DNA of 33,348 nucleotides from a virus, in IMG/VR virus record IMGVR_UViG_3300045988_141923, positions 1-33,348 of that record, one strand, 5' to 3'. Shown here piece after piece: positions 27,835-33,348 of this stretch. Below the pieces are notes generated by a model. The model did no database searches and had not been told where the DNA came from. It worked only from the letters and a program-made list of their open reading frames with translations. The position numbers were made by a program, and so were the translations under genes. Position 1 is the stretch's first letter. Every line of letters starts with the position of its first letter.

Positions 27835-28134
27835 CTAAAAAGGCAATTGACTGCTATTAATTTCTTCTTGTTCTTCTTTTTCAAATTTCATTACTACTAT
27901 TTTTGGCATTGCTAATCCATCTTTATTTTTGTAAAAACTCATAAAGCTTTCTATTATTGTTATATCTGTTTTGTTTTCTATTGTTGTGCCTTTTGGAAAT
28001 TGTACTGCAATATACATTTTGTCGTATGTTCCATCAATGTTTTTACTGCTAATACTTGTACTATAAACCGTTTTTCCATTAAGCTCTTTTGCAAATATTC
28101 TTGTTGTCCCTACTAATTGTAAATTCTGTTTTAT
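27835..28134 (-). CDS. single-stranded DNA-binding-like protein, apparent AUA start
   Basis: (M)KQNLQLVGTTRIFAKELNGKTVYSTSISSKNIDGTYDKMYIAVQFP... ending SQLPF; coding clearly extends upstream of ATG 28017; AAAGAGG ATTAA ATA. Confidence 0.6.
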   Translation of the reverse strand: MKQNLQLVGTTRIFAKELNGKTVYSTSISSKNIDGTYDKMYIAVQFPKGTTIENKTDITIIESFMSFYKNKDGLAMPKIVVMKFEKEEQEEINSSQLPF

Positions 28135-28713
28135 TTAATCCTCTTTTCTTGGAAATGTTCCCTTTTTCAAACATTCCATTAATATTTTTAAATTAGGTAA
28201 ATACTCGTTGTTTATAAAATCTTCATCATATTCTACTTTGTGAAACTTGACTCTATCTAGATCAATTTCATTAAAATAGTTTTTATAATCACTTTCCTGC
28301 AATGCGTATGAAACTATATATAGATTTCTAGTATTGTACGCATACATTTCTACTTGTGCTTGCCTCCAATATTGTTTTGACACTTTAAATTCTTTGTTTA
28401 TATTGTGTGTTTTCACTTCATAAATGCAATCCCTTGTGTTTCCGTCTAAATTTACTCTTAATCTGTCTATTATTATCTGTTTATCAAATTCTAGCTCTGG
28501 AATATTTAGTGCTGATAAAATTTTATGTTCATAATTGTTTCCTGCTTTTGTTGCCTCATTGCTAAAACTATTTTTGTTTAATGCTAATTTTTCAAGCCAC
28601 CAATTTTCAAAAGATTTTGTTCCCCAATTTCCAACTACAAAGCTAGTATCACTTGCACCTATAAAGCCACTCCTATCTTGACTTTGTATCAATGTTTGAT
28701 AAATCCTTTTCAA
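28135..28713 (-). CDS. YqaJ-like PD-(D/E)XK exonuclease
   Basis: FIGASDTSFVVG...KAGNNYEHKIL...YEVKTHNI...QYWRQAQVEMYAY. Confidence 0.75.
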   Translation of the reverse strand: MKRIYQTLIQSQDRSGFIGASDTSFVVGNWGTKSFENWWLEKLALNKNSFSNEATKAGNNYEHKILSALNIPELEFDKQIIIDRLRVNLDGNTRDCIYEVKTHNINKEFKVSKQYWRQAQVEMYAYNTRNLYIVSYALQESDYKNYFNEIDLDRVKFHKVEYDEDFINNEYLPNLKILMECLKKGTFPRKED

Positions 28714-29245
28714 AATTGCTTAAAGTATCAAAATAACTAAATATTGCTTTTACCTCATCTTCAGTTTTGTGTAATTTTTCTGCAATTTCTTTTGTTGTTA
28801 ATCCATCTTTTATTTTTTGAGTATATGTAAGCTGCACTCTTTCTTTTATTTTGAAAATATTATGTTTATATATGTCTGCGTCTTCTACTTTTTCTATCTC
28901 TTCTTTGCTTGCAATGCTTGTTTCAGCTCCAATTCCTAAAACCCCTAGAGCTCTACCTATCGCAGAAGTTTCGCAATTTTCTATATAACTTGTTTTGTTA
29001 ATATAGCTTGAACCTTGTGTTTCAAAAGCATGTCCTTTTGCTAAAATTTTCCCTTCTTCATCTTTTATAATTGCTTCCATTACACATACACCGTTCTCAT
29101 TAGATAATATTGAAGTTTCTATTGTTCCATTAGGGTATAATTGTCTAAATCCTAAAATTCTTTGATTAACTTCTGTGTAAGCCTTTCCTTTTATATCTGT
29201 TGTCTTTAATGTATTATTTATTTCTTGTAGTTGTTTGTAGTCCAT
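28673..29245 (-). CDS. single-strand annealing-type recombination protein
   Basis: SSYINKTSYIENCETSAIGRALGVLGIG, adjacent to the exonuclease. Confidence 0.65.
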   Translation of the reverse strand: MDYKQLQEINNTLKTTDIKGKAYTEVNQRILGFRQLYPNGTIETSILSNENGVCVMEAIIKDEEGKILAKGHAFETQGSSYINKTSYIENCETSAIGRALGVLGIGAETSIASKEEIEKVEDADIYKHNIFKIKERVQLTYTQKIKDGLTTKEIAEKLHKTEDEVKAIFSYFDTLSNFEKDLSNIDTKSR

Positions 29246-29385
29246 TATCTTTCCTCCTCTATCATTTCTTCAAAAATTTTATCTTGATGATCTCTATCTT
29301 CTCTTTCTGCCCATACATTGTCTGGCATATAGTCTGATTTATATTCATACTCTGGCATTACCATTGGATTTTCTACTTGTTCCAT
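29245..29385 (-). CDS. 46-aa acidic small protein (not in ORF track)
   Basis: MEQVENPMVMPEYEYKSDYMPDNVWAEREDRDHQDKIFEEMIEEER, TAATG overlap. Confidence 0.55.
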   Translation of the reverse strand: MEQVENPMVMPEYEYKSDYMPDNVWAEREDRDHQDKIFEEMIEEER

Positions 29386-29387
29386 AA

Positions 29388-29618
29388 CTATTGCTCCTTT
29401 CCACAGTCGCTACAATAATTATCATTTTTATTTAGTACTTTTCCACATTCTTGGCAAACTTTAAAAGATTGTTGAGATTTCTTTAATACAATCTCTTCTC
29501 CTCGCGTAAATATTTCTATTGAGTCTTTGGCTGATATTTCTAAATTCTTTCTTAACTCACTTGGTAAAACTATTCTTCCTAGCTCGTCCAATTTTCTTAT
29601 AATTCCTGTACTTTTCAT
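29388..29618 (-). CDS. AbrB-like transcriptional regulator with C-terminal zinc ribbon
   Basis: GIIRKLDELGRIVLPSELRKNLEI...CQECGKVLNKNDNYCSDCGKEQ. Confidence 0.85.
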   Translation of the reverse strand: MKSTGIIRKLDELGRIVLPSELRKNLEISAKDSIEIFTRGEEIVLKKSQQSFKVCQECGKVLNKNDNYCSDCGKEQ

Positions 29619-29700
29619 TTTACTTATTCCTTTCCTTGACTTTTTTTGAAAGAATCTGTATAATAAATGTATGTGAATTTATACAAATTCTTATTTTGAA

Positions 29701-29937
29701 CTAGTTTTGATTTAGCGGTCTAACTAGTTCTCTTTTTTTAGCACTTAAATTATTAACTAGAAACTCTATGTTGTTTTCTAAATCTTTTATTTTAGATTTC
29801 AATTGTTCTTTTTCTGCTATTTCATTTCTTATTAATTTGTTTCTTTCTGCTATTTGTAGTTCTGCTTCTGCTAATGATTTTCTGCTTGAATCAATTAAAC
29901 TTTGCATTTCTTTTCTGCTTCTAAACATATTCCTCAA
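29701..29937 (-). CDS. small coiled-coil protein
   Basis: Coiled-coil ORF in early operon. Confidence 0.5.
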   Translation of the reverse strand: MRNMFRSRKEMQSLIDSSRKSLAEAELQIAERNKLIRNEIAEKEQLKSKIKDLENNIEFLVNNLSAKKRELVRPLNQN

Positions 29938-30080
29938 CTCCTTTCTTTACTTAATTAAATAAGCTATAAACATTACGTCATATACTAATGCTAGAAAAAT
30001 CATACATTCTGTTTTTAATATGTTTATTGCTAATTTTGCTTTGTTTATTTTAATCTTTTTCATTTGTGATCACTTCCTTT

Positions 30081-30269
30081 CTAAACTACTCTATTCATTT
30101 CAAGATTTATTCTTCTCTTTTGAAAATCTACATTAAGTGTTCTAGATTTTGCTTTCCTTTTTATAGGTTTTATATCTAGAGTTTCTTGTGCTAACTGTTT
30201 CTGTATTTCAACAAATTCTTTTAAGTCTTTAGGGTCAAATCTTTTATCTCTAGTTCCGAACTGGAACAT
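30081..30269 (-). CDS. small basic hypothetical protein
   Basis: ORF in early operon. Confidence 0.45.
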   Translation of the reverse strand: MFQFGTRDKRFDPKDLKEFVEIQKQLAQETLDIKPIKRKAKSRTLNVDFQKRRINLEMNRVV

Positions 30270-30390
30270 ATTTAAGACCTTGCCTTATGAATTTATTTAT
30301 TGTTCTTGTGTCTTTTACTTTAAAATAAACTTTTACTTCTTCTATTGTTAATAAGTTTTGTTCCATTTCAGCCTCCTTGTTTTGTCAGTT

Positions 30391-30615
30391 TTACTGAACT
30401 TTGAAATTAAAAAATTTTCTTGGAGATTTCCCTAGTATTCTAGATATATTATTTATGTTAGATATTTTAGGTTCTGAAATTCCATTTTCAATATTGTAAT
30501 ATGTAACTTTACTTTTAAAACCTAGTAGTTTAGCCATATCTATAATAGTCAACCCTTTATTCTTTCTTTCTCTTTTAAGTTCTTCTGTATATACATACTG
30601 ACTGTATTGGTTCAT
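30391..30615 (-). CDS. XRE-family HTH (Cro-like) regulator
   Basis: RKNKGLTIIDMAKLLGFKSKVTYYNIENGISEPKI; divergent from the repressor. Confidence 0.8.
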   Translation of the reverse strand: MNQYSQYVYTEELKRERKNKGLTIIDMAKLLGFKSKVTYYNIENGISEPKISNINNISRILGKSPRKFFNFKVQ

Positions 30616-30649
30616 TTCCGCACCTCCTTAGTTTTGTTTTACTGTACTT

Positions 30650-30677
30650 ATTATATCAGAATAGCTGAACTTGTCAA
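30650..30677 (-). promoter_or_regulatory. early leftward promoter in the genetic switch
   Basis: Minus strand TTGACA (30677-30672), 16 nt, TATAAT (30655-30650); CTGAACTAT-like repeats across 30664-30775 are candidate operators. Confidence 0.75.
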
Positions 30678-30796
30678 TAGTTTTTTAAAAAAAGTTTTTA
30701 AAGGCTGAACTATTCTTAGAAACTGTAAGAAAAAATTTTTTAAGCTGTTTACTTTTTCTGAACTATATGTTAAAATACTTTTAGGAGTGATTTAAA

Positions 30797-31844
30797 ATGA
30801 TTGAAGAAAAACCTATTATAGCTGAACGTATAAAATTTTTAAGAAAAGAAAAATGCTATACTCAAGAACAACTTGCAGAATTATTAGGTTTAAACGCAAA
30901 ATCAAGTATTGCTAATTATGAAAGCGGGGCAAATGCTCCTAGTGACGAAATAAAATCTAAAATGTGCGAGCTGTTTGGTTGTTCTATGGATTATTTAATG
31001 GGAAAGAGTAATTTTAGAACTAATGCTGAAGAACTAACTAATTATTTAAACATAGAAATAAAAGATGATTTAATTAAAAATCTAAAAGCTTTAGAACTTG
31101 ATAAGTCAGATTTAGAAAAAGCAATAACAGCTTTTGTAGAAAATTATATGGTACCCACAGATGAACTTAGTGTAAAAATATACGACATGGAAGATTCTTT
31201 GATTTATTTTGCTTATGAATTAATTACTAAATATTACTTTAAGTTAATAAACAAAGAATTATCAGTTTTAACAAATAATTCAGAATTATTAGCTGATAAA
31301 CAAGCTTATTTCGAAAAAGCAGAACAATGTGCTTGGAATAAAATGAAGAGAATCTTAGAAGAAATAGATGAGAGTACAATAATCTCTAATTTAACTTCGG
31401 CAGAAAGAGCACATAAATTTATATCTAATTTAGAAACTACTTCTAAATATTATATGGTGCCAGTGTATCGGTCGTATTTCTGCAGGACAACCTAACTGGG
31501 TTGAAGAGTGCATTGAGGGTAGAATACCTATTGATCCAGATTTAATGAATATTGCAGATCCAGAAAAATGTTTTTTTCTTCGTGTCAATGGTGAAAGCAT
31601 GAATAAAGAAATTAAAAACGGTGCTTATGCTCTTATTAGAAAAACAGATATAGTTGAGAATGGAGATATCGCTGTTGTATTAGTAAACGGGTATGACGCC
31701 ACATTAAAGAAATTTTCTAAACAAGGAGATTTAATAATATTAGAACCATTAAGTACTGACTCAAATTTTACTACTCAGGTTTATGGAAAAGATACAGAAA
31801 TAAAAATAATTGGTAAGTATATTGGTAAAATGGAGATGAAATAA
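30797..31844 (+). CDS. CI/LexA-like repressor (XRE HTH + S24 peptidase); needs +1 shift at CGG (31469-31471)
   Basis: 0-frame VPVY-R-SYFCRTT*; +1 gives VPVY-G-RISAGQPNWVEECIEGRIPIDPDLMNIADPEKCFFLRVNGESMNKEIKNG, a 348-aa repressor. Confidence 0.9.
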
Positions 31845-31845
31845 A

Positions 31846-32064
31846 ATGAAATTTATTAAATATCTTGGAAACATACTATATTCGTTAATCTTATTATTTA
31901 TAGTAATAAGTGGTATTTGTAATATAAGCACTCTTCTCGGACGTTTAGGTGTTGGATTTGGTGCTTTAAATTATATTCTAACTATATCTTTAACAGCTTT
32001 TTCATTTTATATGTTTGCTCGTGATATTAATAATGTTTATAAATCTAAAAAGGAGACAAAATAA
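31846..32064 (+). CDS. small membrane protein between repressor and integrase
   Basis: Two hydrophobic segments; packed lysogeny operon. Confidence 0.6.
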   Translation: MKFIKYLGNILYSLILLFIVISGICNISTLLGRLGVGFGALNYILTISLTAFSFYMFARDINNVYKSKKETK

Positions 32065-33119
32065 TGGCAGGAACAATGAGAAAAAGAGGGAAAAATAGTT
32101 ATTTCCTTGAATATATGTGTAGTGGGCAAAGATATACGCAAACAGTTAAGGCAAATTCTGCTTCAGAAGCTAGTAGAAAATTATCTTTATTTATAGCAGA
32201 AGTAGAAAAAGGGAATTATATTTCTGCTAATTTATCTTTTACTGAATTAGCTCAAATGTTTTTAGATAAATATGCAAAGAACAACCTGTCAGATACCACT
32301 ATAATTAATTATAAATATCAACTTAATAAACATATTCTTCCCGATATTGGTCATTACAAAATAAATACTCTAAAAAAGCTTCACGTTCAAGATTTAGCTA
32401 ATAAGTTATGTGAAGAATATAATTTATCATCTAAAACTATAAAAAATGATATAAAACTAATTTCAGCAATTTTGGAAAAGGGGATTGAATGGGAATTAGT
32501 ACAATCTAATGTTGCACATAAAGTTGCTATCCCAAACAATAAAAATAAACCTAAAAAAGAACAGGAAATTTATAATAATGAAGAAATAAAATTATTATTT
32601 AGTGCTCTAGATAAAGCAGAAGATCCTTTTAAAACTATGGTATATGTTTCTTTTTATACGGGAGCTAGACGTGGAGAAGTTTTAGCTTTACGTTGGAAAG
32701 ATATTGATTTTAATAACAATATTATTCATATTCAACAGAACAAAGTCAGAACTGTTAATGGTACAACTTTTAAAGAAACAAAAAATAAACGTTCAAGAGA
32801 ATTTGCAGCTCCTGAAGTATTAATGAAAAAATTAAAAGATTTTTATAATAATCAAGATAAAGAAGAATTATTATTTACTATATATCCTTCAACATATAGT
32901 AGGCAATGGTCTGATTTTGTTAAATCTAACAACCTAAAATATATTACATTACATGATTTAAGGCACACTAATGGAAGTTTGTTGGCTTCTAAAGGTGTTG
33001 ATATTGTAACAATAGCTAAAAGACTTGGGCATCTTCCTGCAACCGCTTCCGCTTATTATTTACATGCAGTTTCAGAAGAAGACAAGAAAGCTAGTCAAAA
33101 GCTAGACAATTTATTTTAA
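32064..33119 (+). CDS. int: tyrosine recombinase integrase
   Basis: TGARRGEVLALRWKDID...LHDLRHTNGSLLASKGVDIVTIAKRLGHLPATASAYYLHA. Confidence 0.95.
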   Translation: MAGTMRKRGKNSYFLEYMCSGQRYTQTVKANSASEASRKLSLFIAEVEKGNYISANLSFTELAQMFLDKYAKNNLSDTTIINYKYQLNKHILPDIGHYKINTLKKLHVQDLANKLCEEYNLSSKTIKNDIKLISAILEKGIEWELVQSNVAHKVAIPNNKNKPKKEQEIYNNEEIKLLFSALDKAEDPFKTMVYVSFYTGARRGEVLALRWKDIDFNNNIIHIQQNKVRTVNGTTFKETKNKRSREFAAPEVLMKKLKDFYNNQDKEELLFTIYPSTYSRQWSDFVKSNNLKYITLHDLRHTNGSLLASKGVDIVTIAKRLGHLPATASAYYLHAVSEEDKKASQKLDNLF

Positions 33120-33132
33120 TTTTTTTGCCTAT

Positions 33133-33156
33133 AATTACGTCAAAATTACGTCAAAT
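33133..33156. repeat. direct repeat AATTACGTCAAA x2 between int and tRNA
   Basis: AATTACGTCAAAATTACGTCAAA; candidate integrase arm sites. Confidence 0.55.
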
Positions 33157-33165
33157 CATAAAATT

Positions 33166-33192
33166 AGAGATACAGTCAAATCCTGTATCTCT
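33166..33192. terminator. bidirectional terminator between int and tRNA-Gly
   Basis: AGAGATACAG-TCAAATC-CTGTATCTCT followed by TTTATTTT on the plus strand. Confidence 0.8.
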
Positions 33193-33201
33193 TTATTTTA
33201 A

Positions 33202-33276
<75 letters not shown>

Positions 33277-33348
33277 ATTACTTTTTTTATTTTAGCATAT
33301 TCCAGATGTAAAATCAAGAATTTACCATCATAACGGAAACAAAAAAAC

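Noticed and set aside
23104-31495. Frame breaks interpreted as ordinary pseudogenes or random sequencing indels
   Set aside because: All share the identical signature (one extra C before GGN, restoring a conserved Gly), and one is in the terminase. Random errors would favour homopolymers. Raw reads should still be checked.
31545-31844. Separate S24 peptidase gene starting at 31545
   Set aside because: Conserved repressor sequence continues upstream of this Met in the same frame to the CGGT site; no RBS at 31545.

Overview
This window is most of a low-GC (my impression about 28%) temperate siphophage or prophage of a Firmicutes-type host. Almost all genes are on the minus strand. From right to left they are: integrase and CI-like repressor (plus strand), early, recombination and replication genes, terminase, portal, MuF-type minor head protein, scaffold, P22-like coat, connectors, tail tube, Gp15-like, tape measure, distal tail, tail tip/fibre, small holin-like protein and a C39-like lysin. 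The right end abuts a tRNA-Gly gene. The main finding is a candidate recoding system. I found exactly five in-frame CGG codons in credible genes: terminase, CI/LexA-like repressor, AP2-type DNA-binding protein, and two HNH proteins. Each sits where the reading frame breaks. In every case, reading the quadruplet CGGN as one glycine (+1 shift) restores the conserved continuation: RY-G-LE, VPVY-G-RISAG, SGIK-G-VCFDK, SRG-G-KATVENG, DKK-G-ICEIC. Every other CGG I located in a coding region is out of frame. The adjacent tRNA-Gly has anticodon loop CUUCCGA. Its U34-C35-C36-G37 is the exact complement of the quadruplet CGGA, and its anticodon stem carries a U.C mismatch. Secondary findings: a free-standing structured small RNA beyond the lysin, a MuF protein with a C-terminal CdiA-like nuclease/toxin domain and no obvious immunity gene, two isolated promoter-terminator cargo genes (one about 50% GC), an SSB-like gene and another small gene apparently starting with AUA, an iteron-like array in the replication gene, and a deletion scar fusing an HNH gene to the tail of an adenine methyltransferase. 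All calls come from reading the sequence manually. No database search was run.
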